From Octopus vulgaris (taxonomy: Eukaryota): DNA of 64,000 nucleotides. Shown piece after piece: positions 40,125-53,590 of this stretch (positions within the stretch are counted from its first letter, which is position 1; each line of letters opens with the position of its first letter). The position numbers and the translations under genes were made by a program. The DNA is taken from contig OX597825.1 of assembly GCA_951406725.2 (NCBI GenBank), positions 6,324,001 through 6,388,000 on the forward strand, written 5' to 3'. The notes beneath the pieces are model-generated. The model saw nothing but the letters and a program-made list of their open reading frames with translations, was not told where the DNA came from and searched no databases.

Positions 40125-40831
40125 GTATATATGTGTGTGTATGTATGTGCGTGTGTGTGCACGTGTGTGTATAGTAAAAATTTAACTTGACAAAAAAAAA
40201 CTGATGAATACAACGGACCTTAAGCGCTCGGAATATCATAGAAACCTCGGAATATTCACCATTGGACTACATTACACTGAAAATATAATTAGAAAGTGTG
40301 CGAGACATTTTGAAGATAATTATATTTACGTACAACACATGTTAAAAGTTCAGTTATTGAAGCTTAACAAAAAAGTGCTTCTATACAATCTGCTCTCGGG
40401 GAGGCCTGGAACCTCTGGTATTACTGTGAGAATAAACATGTATGTATGTATGTATGTATGTATGTATGTATGTATGTATGTATGTATGTATGTATGTGTG
40501 TATGTGTGTGTGTATGTGTGTGTATGTATGAATTTCAACAGCAATAACAGATTTTTGTATGTATGTATGTATGCATGTATGTGTGTATGTCTGTGTATGT
40601 ATGTATGCGTGTGCTTGTGTGTATGTATGTGTGTGTATGTATGTATGCGTGTGCTTGTGTGTATGTATGTGTGTGTATATGTATGTATGTATGTATGTGT
40701 GTATGTATGTATTTATGTATGTGTGTGTATGTATGCATATTACATACTTTTCCGATACTTTCACTATCACGCACCACTGTAGTTCCATATTTTCATGCTT
40801 CCACATACACGCACACACACACACATACACA

Positions 40832-40869
<38 letters not shown>

Positions 40870-40873
<4 letters not shown>

Positions 40874-41245
40874 TATATGTATATACGACGGGCTTCATTC
40901 AGTTTTCGTCCACCAAATAAACTCACAAGGCTTTGGTTTGCTCGAGGCTATAGTTGAAGATACTTACCCTAAGGTGCCACTCAATGGAACTGAAACCGGA
41001 ACCATATATGTATATATTTATGTGTGTGCCTTTGTGTCTATGTTTGTCGCCAGGTCCCCCACCATCGCTTGACAACCGATGTTGGTCTGTTTATATCACC
41101 ATAAAGTAGCGGTTCGGCAAAAAGACCGATAGAATACAATGGTAAAAAGAAAATGTACAGGAGTCGATTAATTGGGCTAAAATTTTTTAATGCGGTGCCC
41201 CAGCATGGCCGCATTCTAATGACTGAAACAAATAAAAGATAAACG
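40870..41245. mobile_element. SINE family A with inverted 5' half
   Basis: 40870-41005 is the head half on minus; 41005-41245 is the tail half on plus. Confidence 0.75.
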
Positions 41246-41904
41246 ATACGCCCTGATATCTGTGCTGAAAATTCTAGTAGATTTCGAAAACACTCTCATC
41301 TGTCTTACATTCAGAGTCAGTTTTAATCTCATCTTTGAACATTACGCGATTAATTCCATCAACACTTTTGGTCTGTAGTATCCTAAATTTAATGTTGTTC
41401 TTGATGATGTTGGAGGATCAAACGAACAACAAAAACGATTCTTATTTGATCTTCTTTAAATTAATCTAACTCAAAACTTAGGACCATTCTATTATCGATA
41501 GCAAATATTTCCAGTTACTCTAGATTCCAGAAAATTGTGCCACGTCAAAATTGTTTTGATACTTGATTCATTCCTTTCCAATTCCGATCCAGATGCAATA
41601 TTTTCTCCCTGTATAAAGTTTTATCTATTACCGGCAATTTTCTGTTCTTTTATGGTTCTCCAGAAAGTTATTACACCCGCTACAACTTTCTACAACAGCA
41701 TGAGCCTGTCAAAGGTTTTTAATGCAGTGACTTGTCTTTGTCTATAACGATAATTGTCGATAAATTTAACCAGGAGTCCCTAACACTGTCGTTTCCCATG
41801 TCTTCAGTTCCTTGACAGCACACCCTGTAGAAACCTCTTTAAGCTTTATCTGATCCTGTTATTTCCCAATAAGGCATTTCTCCTTTATTGGTATCACTTT
41901 TAGT

Positions 41905-42376
41905 TAAGGCTGCGAGCTGGCAGAAACGTTAGCGGTATTTCTTCTGCCGTTACATTCTGAGTTCAAATTCCGCCGAGGTCGACTTTGCCTTTCATCTTTT
42001 CGGGGTCGATAAATTAAGTACCAGTTACGCACTGGAGTCGATATAATCGACTTAATCCGTTTGTCTGTCCTTGTTTGTCCTCTCTGTGTTTAGTCCCTTG
42101 TGGGTAGTAAAGAAATAGGTATTTCGTCTGTATTTACGGTTGAAAGGCGGCGAGCTGGCAGAATCGTTAGCAGGCTGGGCGAAATGCTTAGCGGTATTTC
42201 GTCTGCCGTTGCGTTCTGAGTTCAAATTCCGCCGAGGTCGACTTTGCCTTTCATCCTTTCGGGGTCGATAAATTAAGTACCAGTTACGCACTGGTGTCGA
42301 TATAATCGACTTAATCCGTTTGTCTGTCCTTGTTTGTCCTCTCTGTGTTTAGCCCCTTGTGGGTAATAAAGAAATA
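41905..42376 (+). mobile_element. SINE family B dimer with 15-bp TSD
   Basis: ggtatcacttttagt at 41890-41904 and 42377-42391. Confidence 0.92.
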
Positions 42377-42587
42377 GGTATCACTTTTAGTGGTTCCAAA
42401 TATCTTGTTTATTTCTCACCTATTTTACTTGATTAGACAAATACACACACTCTCTCTCCCACTCTTTCTTTCTATTTCTCTCATTCTCTCTATTTTTCTC
42501 TTCTCTCCTCTTTATTAATCGTAGTCCACCTTCAGTTGATTGTCATACTCTTGATGTTAATGTTGTTTGTTCCTAGGTAACCAGGTA

Positions 42588-42828
42588 AAATACCTATTTC
42601 TTTACTACCCACAAGGGGCTACACACAGAGAGGACAAGCAAGGACAGACAAAAGGATTAAGTCGATTACATCGATCCCAGTGCGTAACTGGTACTTAATT
42701 TATCGACCCCGAAAGGATGAAAGGCAAAGTCGACCTCGGCGGAATTTGAACTCAGAACGTAACGGCAGACAAAATACCGCTAAGCATTTAGCCCGTCGCG
42801 TTAACGTTTCTGCCAGCTCGCCGCCTTA
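42588..42828 (-). mobile_element. SINE family B, full unit
   Basis: Reverse complement of 42144-42380. Confidence 0.92.
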
Positions 42829-43437
42829 AAGTAATACAAATACTGTAGAAGTAAATACAGACGATATATCGCCTCCTCCGACTTTTCTGACACGAACCAT
42901 CCTCGACAGCCGGCACCTGTTCTCTATGGTTGCCGTCCAATTACATTGAGCAGCCGAAAGATTGACAAGCTGCCAAATATCCCACCATAATACACTGCAT
43001 CACCACCGAAAGAGCATTTCCAACACCACCATTACCAAAACATATAAGCACAGAAACAAGAACAACAAATGCAATAACAAAAATTCCAAGTAGACCCACA
43101 TCCCCAGGAACAATAACACACAAAGAACGCAAAAAACACCAACCCAACACAAAATAACATTAAATTTTGTTGTTTTAGTGACATTTGAAGAATAAATTTT
43201 ATAAGAAGGTATCTGTTTTGTGTCAGTTGTTTGAGTTGCTGTTGTAATAGTGATAATGTATTTATTTCATCAATAATGTTTCTTTTTTTTTTCTCTAAGT
43301 GCAGTAAAATAACAGAAATTTATTATTTAATTTAATTAATGTCAGACATTTGCCTAAAAATACTTATTTACTTTCCTTTTCTTTGAAATATATTGGAATA
43401 CATCTTTTCATTCCTATCTCTAACATTTATACCAGAC

Positions 43438-43521
<84 letters not shown>

Positions 43522-43759
43522 TGTTGCGGAGTGAAACGGCAACAGTGGGAATTTTCCTGGAATCGAACCTCTGTGTTAAATAATTATCATCAATTTTGGT
43601 ATTTGTTACTGTTGCTGCTGCAGCTGTTTAAGTAATTACTTTAAGCTTACATTTCAATGAGAATCAGTTTTGTTCTACTTTATGTTAATGAAAAGTAATT
43701 AATAATAATTCTATAAGAATCAATCTTATAGAAGTAAAAAAACAAACTTAGACACAAGT

Positions 43760-43909
43760 AAACGTTAGAACGTGGGGTTAATTACTTAACGGCATTTCGC
43801 CGAGGTCGACTTTCGGGGTGAATAACACAAGTACCAGTTGAGTACTGGGGTCGATGTAATCGACTTAACCCCTCAAAGCAAATTTCAGGCCCCATGCCTA
43901 TAGTAGAAA

Positions 43910-43941
<32 letters not shown>

Positions 43942-44011
43942 CTTCTTCTTCTTCTTCTTCTTCTTCTTCTTCTTCTTCTTCTTCTTCTTCTTCTTCTTCT
44001 TCTTCTTCTTC
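43760..44011 (+). mobile_element. SINE family B (deleted) with (CTT)n tail at 43912-44011
   Basis: ccgaggtcgacttt..aagtaccagttgagtactggggtcgat..tagtagaaa. Confidence 0.8.
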
Positions 44012-44600
44012 TGTGAGGTTGTTGATTGAAGATATTGTGCCTACCAGGGGTTTGTACTGTTTGTCAAGTCACAACAAGGACCTCAGACGGACAGTTCTTT
44101 ATGCAATATACGTGCAGTTCCAAGTAATGCCGACTTTTACAATAAATCTAGATTGTAGGGTATTTCTATGGTTTTCAGATGTTTTTTCAAATTGTGTAGT
44201 ATTGAACCAAATGCTCCGATAACAACAGGGACAACCTTTATGTTTGACTCTCGTAGCTGACACATCTTAGCAATCTCAACCCTCAGGTCTCCATATTTAT
44301 CAACCTTTTCTCTTTCTTTCATGATGATATGTTGATCTCCTGGCACTGCCACGTCGATTACTAATTAGGCAATCTTGTTTGTCCCTCCTAAAGATTTCTA
44401 TATCCGACCTTCGGTACTCTAATATCTTGTCTGTCTGGAAGTCAAAGTCCCAGAAGAATTATGCCTTCCCCTTTTCGCCCATTACCTTTTCTGGTGTCTG
44501 TTGGTAACCTCATATCCATTCTTATGGCATAGTAACCAGTGGAGGTTTCGGGCTACCTTGCCGTGTTTACGCTTGTACTCTTTCAGCGCAAGACTTTCAC
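44012..44600 (-). pseudogene. R4/Dong-clade LINE 3' end
   Basis: DVAVPGD..EKVDKYGDLRVEI..VVPVVIGAFG..KSALLGTARIL; 3' UTR abuts (AAG)n. Confidence 0.88.
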
Positions 44601-44604
44601 AAGC

Positions 44605-44792
44605 ACTAACAACGCATGGCTTTGTGTTTGCAATCTATCCTCGTTTCTCAACCGGTGTTGGTTTGTTTACGCTTCATGGTACGGCTAAAGAAACTGGCAA
44701 AATAAGTACTGAGGTTGATTTGTTCAACTAAATTCTTCAAGGATACGCTCCAGCATGGCCGTTGTCCAATTTCTGAAACAAGTGAAAGATGA
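44605..44792 (+). mobile_element. SINE family A tail half, diverged
   Basis: ctccagcatggccg...ctgaaacaagtgaaaga. Confidence 0.7.
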
Positions 44793-44871
44793 AAGAATAT
44801 ACATACATACATACATACATATATATACATACGTACATACATCTGGTATACACACATACCCTCACCGGTCA

Positions 44872-45501
44872 GCGAAATTTTTTCCCACGAGAGTTCCGGA
44901 ACCCATATAGCCAATCAGAGCTCACCTTGACCTTGTTGTACACAAACAACTACGCAGAGGCAGCCATGCAGATAACGAAGGATGAGATCCGTTCAGCTCT
45001 CAGATTATGCCTAGACACAAAGCCCAACATAACATTCGTGAATGTGTTAGAAACAACCAACCTCTTACCAAGTAAACTCAAGACAAAGAACGATGTTGCA
45101 AGTCGAGTTATGCTTGGTTTTAGAAGGAGACAAGTAATTAGATGAATTTGCATCTATACTTGTATTATCGGGTTTTGTTAGGGCCCCCCATATGGTAGAG
45201 TTGTGGATGGAAAAATTGTAGGTAGAGGATGAGGAGCTAGCAACACTCTCCCTTTACTGTTTTACAAAATAAACAACAACACAAATAACTACGCGGAGGT
45301 AGCCATAATTGAAACAAGAACAAAAACAACAAGCATTATTAAAGGAGAAAAGAAGCATGGTCATTCCTTATCCAAGTGACCTTATCTTATCGCACATCAC
45401 TTGTTATGCGCTCATAAATTAGTTTGATAGTTGAGCTCTGATTGGTTGTATGCAACTGAGTTCATAAGTGGTGTCCGGAACTCCCGTGGGAAAAATTTCG
45501 C
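44872..45501. mobile_element. non-autonomous TIR element
   Basis: TIR gcgaaattttttcccacgagagttccgga / tccggaactcccgtgggaaaaatttcgc; subterminal IR ccaatcagagctca / tgagctctgattgg; no clear TSD. Confidence 0.75.
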
Positions 45502-45801
45502 CGCCATGGCCCACAAGTCCTTTTTTGAAAGAACGACCAAACAACAAGGCAGCACCAGCTTCAGAAATTCTCTTTTTTGCAATGTATCTGGTGTCGCTGG
45601 TTTGTCAATCTCACTTCTAACAACTCCATGTGACCAGCCTTGACCGATAGCGGCTCAGTTTTCGGTAGCCATCTTGGACTTCATTCATCTCTCCATTCGG
45701 TTAAATGAGCCTGACGAGGTAGGTTTCTGTAAGAACCCTACGAAACATTAAGTCATATAGATCCATATACATGTGTATGTTTGTGAGTGTGATTACTGAA
45801 G

Positions 45802-45859
<58 letters not shown>

Positions 45860-46115
45860 TGTATGTATGTATGTATGTATGTATGTATGTGTTTGTGTGT
45901 ATATATGTGTGTGTGTTTTTCTGTGCGTGTGTATATGCACGCATTAAACGGTTGCAAATTACTCGAGTCATAAGTAACTTAAGTTGATTAAAACACTCGG
46001 TTCTCCAATAACGTATAAAACGTTACAGCTAATGAAAATAACTATGCACGCACGCGCGCACATATATGTGTGTATATATGCATATATATATATATATTTA
46101 TATATATATATATAG

Positions 46116-46157
<42 letters not shown>

Positions 46158-46322
46158 ATATGTATGTATATATATCAGAGTTGCAAAATAGTGATAAGCA
46201 ACAAATTATGCAAAAATCAAAATCAGATAGTAACAATGCGCAATGTAAAAAATGGGAAACAAAATAAAGTAAGATATTAATTGCAAAAAAAAAATGTTGA
46301 AAGAAAAAATTTATATATATAT

Positions 46323-46381
<59 letters not shown>

Positions 46382-46409
46382 TAATCCATTACAGTATTAT
46401 TATAATATC

Positions 46410-46780
46410 ATATGACGTTTCGAGCGGAGCTAAACATAAAGAAGGAAGAGAGATCCCGGATATGGTGTTATAAAGGCGGATGTTTATAACAAGAGCAAAG
46501 TGGGTTTTTAAAGGCAAAAGAGTGGAGACAAGGTTGGTAACGCAACAGATGTGTGTGTATGTGTGAGTGTGTGCGTGTGCGTGTGTGTATGTGTGTGTGT
46601 GAGGCGAGGTAAAAAAACAAAAAATATATGTATGTGTTAGTGTGTGCGTCTGTGTGTAGGCGTGTGAGGTAGGGCGAGACGGTGGTCACATAGCAGCAGC
46701 ATAGCAGACAAAGGTCAGTAGTGAGAAAAGGGAGGAAGGAGGAAGGGAGGGAGGGAAGGGGTGGGGGCGTATATAGCGTA
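46410..46780 (-). mobile_element. Penelope-like terminal fragment homologous to 1905-2180
   Basis: aaggcaaaag(a)gtggagacaaggttggtaacgcaac; hammerhead core deleted but GCTCCGCTCGAAACGTC retained. Confidence 0.7.
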
Positions 46781-46992
46781 TAGTAGTGTGTGTGTGTGTC
46801 CAGTGTCGTGGTAGTATATATATATATGTATATGTATGTATATATATATATATGTATATACTATATATTTATATATATACTATATATATATATAATATAT
46901 ATATATACATACACATATACATACATATATTTATATTATCTACATATAATACAAACACACACACACACATATATATATATACATATATACAT

Positions 46993-47044
<52 letters not shown>

Positions 47045-47096
47045 ATATAAATATATGTGTGTGTGTATATTCATACACACACACCCATACACAAAT

Positions 47097-47133
<37 letters not shown>

Positions 47134-47137
47134 CACA

Positions 47138-47398
47138 TCTGGATGACTGTTGACTCAGATAGGGAAGCATGGAGAGTTACGTGCTAAAGATTTTGTGTTC
47201 GACAAAGTTAAGCATGCTGAAATGAAAAGAAAATTTCGTAACAATGAGATTAATACCAAAAGCGTCGTGAGAGTTTCTCATTCCTTCTTTAAATGTTCAT
47301 TATGCACAAAAATATGCATGTCTGATGCTAGTATGAGATCGCACCCATGTAGCACCCATGTAGCACCCATGTCGCTAATGCATACACGTCGCATTTAA
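47138..47398 (+). pseudogene. RTE-clade LINE C-terminus with C2H2-like finger
   Basis: WMTVDSDREAWR then FKCSLCTKICMSDASMRSH. Confidence 0.6.
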
Positions 47399-47449
47399 TA
47401 ATATGTCACTGTGTAGATTATGTTGATATGACACAACCTCTGTGATTTC

Positions 47450-47870
47450 TGAACCCTCATTCTGTCCCTTGGCCGTGGCTGTAATCTACGTGATCCTTCT
47501 TTCAGTTACTATACATTTCATCATGTGCAACTGAGCACGACCCCTTGATATGACACTCGTGGTACAATAGCTCTTCAATCTTTAGCATCATATCTTTGAA
47601 CGGCATTAAATTTAGCTTCAAACTCACCAGTCATTCATGTTATTTATTGGCCAAGTAACAACTCTGCAATTCTTTGCGCATATGAAGAGAGCCATTGTTT
47701 GGCAAGTTTATTCAAAGTGCATCAGCTTTAAGTACGCCATGACAATTCCGAGACCCGTAATCCTTTGTACATCATTTGAAGTTCGTGGGTTACCACCACT
47801 TTTAGTTTAGTTTACATCAACGTTATATTAGATTCCTTCGCAAAGGAGAACTGATCTTTTTAAATTGAAC
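47450..47870 (-). pseudogene. Ty3/gypsy RT-RNaseH connection remnant
   Basis: PRTSNDVQRITG..AYLK..VVTWP pattern, decayed. Confidence 0.35.
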
Positions 47871-47986
47871 ACTTCCTTTCCTTATTCGTATCAACGCTAT
47901 AGATCTCCTCCATTTGCTTCTCATCTCCTTTTACAATCTCTCACGCATACCGTTGCTCGTATATGCATACTGCCCGACCGCTTCGT

Positions 47987-48034
<48 letters not shown>

Positions 48035-48071
48035 TACTGTGTATAATTCACTTACATTCATGCTACTCAGT

Positions 48072-48380
48072 TTTTTTGTTCCTTCTCGAGCCACGCCTGG
48101 CTCATAAGGGCCGGTTTCCCGGTTTCCGTGGTGTGTATAGGTTCCCCACCTGGACGGGACGCCGGTCCGTCGCAGGTGAGCTGCAAGATGCAGGAGGAAA
48201 GAGTGAGAGAAAGTTGTGGCGAAAGAGTCAGCAGAAGTTTCGCCATTACCTTCTGCCGAAGCCGCGTGGAGCTTAGGTGTTTCGCTCATAAACACACACA
48301 TCGCCCGGTCTGAGATACGGACCCGCGATCCCTCGACCGCGAGTCCGCTGCTCTAACCACTGGGCCATGTGCCTCCACGC
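48072..48380 (-). mobile_element. SINE family C (tail type 2, V-domain-like)
   Basis: Head gtggaggcacatggcccagtggttagagcagcggactcgcgg; TSD catgctactcagt/catgctaatcagt. Confidence 0.9.
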
Positions 48381-49034
48381 CATGCTAATCAGTACGTACA
48401 CTGACTCCACTGTTGTTTACTCTTCCTCTTGAACGTACATCCAGCATTTTACTACCACCTACCCAACGCTCTTCTACTCAGTAGCAACATAACCACTTGC
48501 ATCATTTATTATGATAAACGACAGCACACATTTTCTTTTCCTATCATCTCTCTTTCCGGTTTTTATAAGGAAAATTAACTGCCATCATACATTTATATTG
48601 AGTAATTTGTTTTAAATTACAGTATCTTAAGATAGAGGAAATTCACCACTTTTTCATAATTTAAGACTTAATTAGTAACTTATTAGAAGAATTAGTATCT
48701 TATATACTTTCGTTTATATACTTTATGTATACTTTCGTTTTTATATAATCTGGTCAAGTTTTATGAGAATACTGTGCAGGCACAGGTCGCAAGGGAGACG
48801 GTTCTGGTAAACTGAGTAAATGTCTAGCTAAGTGTCGAGAACTTTAGTAACAGTCAACGTGAGTGGAGGGAGGGGAGACAAATAAAGTGTAGAGGCTCAG
48901 AGTTTGTTAATTCAAGCGAGAATAGGGCTTCGTATTCTCACATGAAAGAGAGAGGAATTCTCGCTTTTTGAGAAAATACATGTCAGTAATTGTAGGTTGT
49001 ATTGGATGTAAGCTGGATTAACTTTTAGGGATAG

Positions 49035-49427
49035 CTAGCAGTATTGCCCGGCGTTGCTCGGGTTTGTTTCGACTCTTTAGAATTGGAATATTTGAAAAGT
49101 AAAAAGTTTGCATTATGTAGCTTGTTATTCTCTTTAAGTGAACATTTTTCTGGTTGAAATACATCGAAAAATGGCAACACAGCAGTCAAAAAATCGTAAA
49201 AAACGGGATTTTTATAGAAAAGAAATACCTTTTTCATGTAAATAATTTTTGGTGTTAACATGGTCCGATTTGAAATTTGTCTTCTAAGGAAAGTAGAGCA
49301 AGCCTTCTTCTATCAGACTCTCAATTTTGGTCAACTTGTGCCGAAGGGTCTCAGAGGAGATAGTGTTAGTTGAAGGCTACCAAACCTGCCATACACAGAC
49401 AACTTAAGCTTTATATATATAGAGAGA
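49035..49427 (-). mobile_element. non-autonomous Helitron
   Basis: Minus strand starts A|TCTCTCTATATATATAAAG and ends with hairpin CCCGAGCAACGCCGGG plus CTAG. Confidence 0.75.
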
Positions 49428-49662
49428 TATAGTTTGTATCTTCGTAGATTCTTGCAGAAGCAGGTAAAGATCAGTGATTTCCAATGAAGTAAATGACTAC
49501 TAAAGTTTTCTCTAAATATTTAAAGGTGAAGATGAGTCGCAGGCATGGCTGTGTGGTAGGAAGCTTGCTTCCCGCGCATGCGCCAGCCTATTCGCTGTGT
49601 TGACTTTTGACGAGTCGAACGGGATTTTTTGAGCTACTTGGCAGGAGTTGTTAGTGAGTGTT

Positions 49663-50448
49663 ATGCCGGCGGAAAAAATGTATTCAAACCTTAGCGAGTA
49701 TGAGCTGTCATCAGCGGAGGAGGAGCTCGTTAAGGTGGTAAACAGAATGGACGAGCATTTGGAAAGAGTAAAGAATTTTGCTGAGGCTGCAGAGGTGAAG
49801 AAAAAGGAGGTGGACCTAGCCGGACTGAAGGAGCTGAGTAAGATGACACAGAAGGCGAGCGGTGAGATAAAGTTATTACTCCCGAAAAGGGTTATGGAAA
49901 ATATGGAAAAGAAGACCATTACCTACAAGGTGTACTCAGTGGAGAGTAGGAAGGTGGAGCGGATGGAGATGGAAAAAGTAGAAAAAGCACTGAAGGGGCT
50001 TTCGAAGGAAGTGACATACATAGCGAGAGGAAATGGATATGGGACGGTGGTTGTCCAGTTTAGAACAGCGGAGGAGACAAAGAAGCTGGTGAGTGCAACT
50101 GTAAAAACGGAGGAGGTAGTACTTCTACCCACGTACGTTGGAAAAAAGACTTCTAAAGTGAGGGTAGAAGGAAATCCACCCGATATACAAGTGGCTTGGG
50201 TTGCTGCAGCCGTCCTCGTTGGAAGTGAGGAGGAGGTGGCTGTCCTCCAAGACACGGAAACGGAGGACGGAGGATGGAGAGTAAAAACACTGGACCTCCT
50301 TATACAGGCAGAGGAGAGGCATTTGGAGAGTTTGGCGGAGACGGTGACGTTGGGAGAGATTGTGTTGAGAGTGTGGGCGGAGGGCAGAATCCCACGATGT
50401 TTTAAATGTGGCCCAGTGTTCAACTGGTACTCACTTTATCGACGCTGA
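49663..50448 (+). CDS. ORF1p (gag-like) of a Tx1/L1-like non-LTR element, truncated within the zinc knuckle
   Basis: ~250 uninterrupted purine-rich codons; charged helical N-terminus, RRM-like GTVVVQF and KVRVEG segments, ends EGRIPRCFKCG; last 12 codons come from a SINE. Confidence 0.7.
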   Translation: MPAEKMYSNLSEYELSSAEEELVKVVNRMDEHLERVKNFAEAAEVKKKEVDLAGLKELSKMTQKASGEIKLLLPKRVMENMEKKTITYKVYSVESRKVERMEMEKVEKALKGLSKEVTYIARGNGYGTVVVQFRTAEETKKLVSATVKTEEVVLLPTYVGKKTSKVRVEGNPPDIQVAWVAAAVLVGSEEEVAVLQDTETEDGGWRVKTLDLLIQAEERHLESLAETVTLGEIVLRVWAEGRIPRCFKCGPVFNWYSLYRR

Positions 50449-50555
50449 AATGATGAACGGTAAAGTCGACCTCGGCGGAAGTTGAGTTCTAAACGTTCAA
50501 AAAGGGATGGAATGAGGCTGAGTACACTAATGATTCTGAGAGTTCGCAGCCTTAA
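50412..50555 (-). mobile_element. SINE family B, diverged
   Basis: caactggtac..tttatcgac..aaagtcgacctcggcgg..ttcgcagcctt. Confidence 0.8.
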
Positions 50556-51671
50556 ATACCAACTCGTCAACTAACTATTATAAGCAATATATAGTGTCTA
50601 TGCAGATGTATATAAAATGTAACTTTGTTATAATTCCTGGAGACGAATATACGAATTTAAAATCGTATGCGTCCTAAAACTTGTAGCAAAACGTTATTGA
50701 AACACATAACGCTTAATGTACAAGTTCAGAAAGTTCAGAAAACATACAAGGTCACCCATCGAACCGACCAATGTACATATATGTCTGGAATCATTAAACG
50801 TTGAATGGATGTTGTTACTAAGCAAAGCCATTCAAATAAGAGAGAGATGTGTTTATTTTCTAAATATCTTACTGGTTCCTGCTGAGAAACTGCTATTAGA
50901 ACAATAGCGGATAATTTTAAAAATAAATTGGTTAAATTATATTTATACTCTCTCCTTTCGACAATAATTTATATAATTGTTATTTAGTGTGAGCTGGTGT
51001 GGAGATACGTGATGAATCTTCTGCAAACTGATTGAGCGTTAAAGTTGAGAGATTTACTTCGCAGACGATATGCTTGCAATGCAGCCTTCCTCCATAAAGC
51101 TTTCCTTTTGTACACAATTACACCGTTTTAACAAATTATTCAAAGATCTGAATGTATATTTGCTAAGAAATAATCAAATTGATGAACCTCAAGAAAAATC
51201 TACGATTAATTGTTAATGGAGACACTATTGTAAGACAAAACGAGCCAGTGTACGTACTATGTGGTAGAACTGTGTTTGTATAGATGGCGTTGCAGTTGTT
51301 GGTATTTGCAGTGGTGACCCGCAGAGTTTCATGTTTAAAGAAATAATGCATTTATTATAAGAAGTAATTATATTTAACTTTCCCATTTATCCATGAAATT
51401 ACCCGAAGAGCTGAACGTTTTATTTCTCATTCTACACATTGCTTTTGTTCCTCTATTGATGTTATTGAAGTAAACAAAAAAAAGTTCTTTCAAAGATTTG
51501 TGAGGGGATTTTATTAGAAACTTAATATGCTGCAACATATTTTTGGAAAATTGTCTACAAATCGTGATTTCTAAAAAGAATAGAATTCTAAATTTATAAA
51601 GTGAATGGTAAAATAGTTCAAGTGTTACAAGATTTGGAATTGTTAAAAATTACACACACTTACCAAACTGC

Positions 51672-51854
<183 letters not shown>

Positions 51855-52140
51855 ATACACAAATTAAACATTTATACACACACATGTATTTGTATGCATG
51901 TATGTGTGTCATTGTTCAGTTTTATTTCAAGATTTCTTGCCAATAGAGAAAGAACCGGTTTCTAACCTAGATTCAAGACTCCTTCCTTGGAATTTCAACA
52001 GCAATAACAGATTTTTGTATGTATGTATGTATGTATATTTATTATTGCACTATTATTGGAATGAATCTCATTCATTCCAATTATTATTATTGCTACTATT
52101 AGTACAATCATTATTGTCTTTATTATTGCCTTCCCCACCG

Positions 52141-52360
52141 AAGGCAGTGAGCTGGCAGAATCGTTAGCACGCCAGGAAAAATGCTTAGCGGCATTTTGTC
52201 CGTCTTAACGTTCTGAGATCGAATGCCACCAAGGTCGACTTTGCCTTTCATCCACTCGGAATCGATAAAATAAGTACCAGTTACGCACTAAGGTCGATGT
52301 AATCGATTTAGCTCCTCCCCCGAAAACTGCTGGCCTTGTGCTAAAATGTGAAACCTTTAT
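52141..52360 (+). mobile_element. SINE family B
   Basis: aaggcagtgagctggcagaatcgttagcacg head plus core. Confidence 0.88.
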
Positions 52361-53115
52361 TACCATCCCCACCAATATTACCATCATGATTTCCATTGCT
52401 GAGACCACTGCATTGATACTGGAAGCAAATAGACACAGATGTACAAAGAAATATATAACCATGTGGGCATTACGAGTAAGTGTAATAATTAGTTGGCAGT
52501 GTTGTAAATAGGGGACGTGAGGGTAGGGATATAATTAGTAGAAATTATTATTGCTATTAATTATATTATATAATAGTACTAATAGTGATAATAATTGATA
52601 ATTGATAGCGATGTGCGTGACAATAACAATGTAGATATTCTCATTTCCATCAGTGAACGTCTTCGGTGAGAGCAAATTTGGTTTCTGCTGCCGTTAGAAT
52701 TTGGCAACGTTCCTTAACAGCTGATCAAGAATTAATTATACATTTATTAATAGTAAATAAAAAATTAAGAAATGTAAAACGGCGATGAATGAAGAAAAAT
52801 ATAAATAAATAAATAATATAAGATTAAATGAAAAAAAAAAGTCAGTAAGCGGTCAGATGTGAACATGTACGTGTGAATGAATTTAGTGATGTAGTTAAAT
52901 GAGAATGTTAAACAGTGTAAGCTGAATTATATGTGGAGATATATACGCTGAAGCAAACTATTAAAATATAGATTTTCAAACGGTTCATATGACTGTAAAG
53001 ACCGCTTAATAGGACATCTAAGAGCAAATGGAGTCGGCAGAGAAGAAGAATGTGCCAAGCTCTTGAGGTGAACTCAGGAAACGTGGCATTATAAAGGCAA
53101 TATTAAACGCTTTGT

Positions 53116-53590
53116 AAGGCGGCGAGCTGGCAGAAACGTTAGCACGCAGGGCGATAATGCTTAGCGGTATTTCGTCTGCCGTTACGTTCTGAGTTCAAAT
53201 TCCACCAAGGTCGACTTTGCCTTTCATCCTTTCGGGGTAGATTAAATAAGTAACAGTTACGCACTGGGGGTCAATATAATCGACTTAATCCGTTTGTCTG
53301 TCCTTGTTTGTCTTGTAATTATCATTTTCTGGTTAGTGCTCACGTTATTTTTCTGTTGTTTTGAATCCACACACTCAGTTAACATCCCAATCATCATCAT
53401 CATTATCATCATTCTTATTGTTATCAAGACGGCAAGCTGGCAGAACCGTTAGCACTTCGGCCAAAATGTTTAGCAGTACATTCTGAGTTCAGATTTCCCC
53501 GAGGTCAACACTGCCTTTCATGTTATCGGTGTCAATCAAATAAGTACCTCTCTCCCAAAATTTTAAACCTTGTGCCGATAATAGAAATGA
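53116..53590 (+). mobile_element. two SINE family B copies (53116-53313, 53426-53590)
   Basis: aaggcggcgagctggcagaa heads plus core. Confidence 0.88.
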
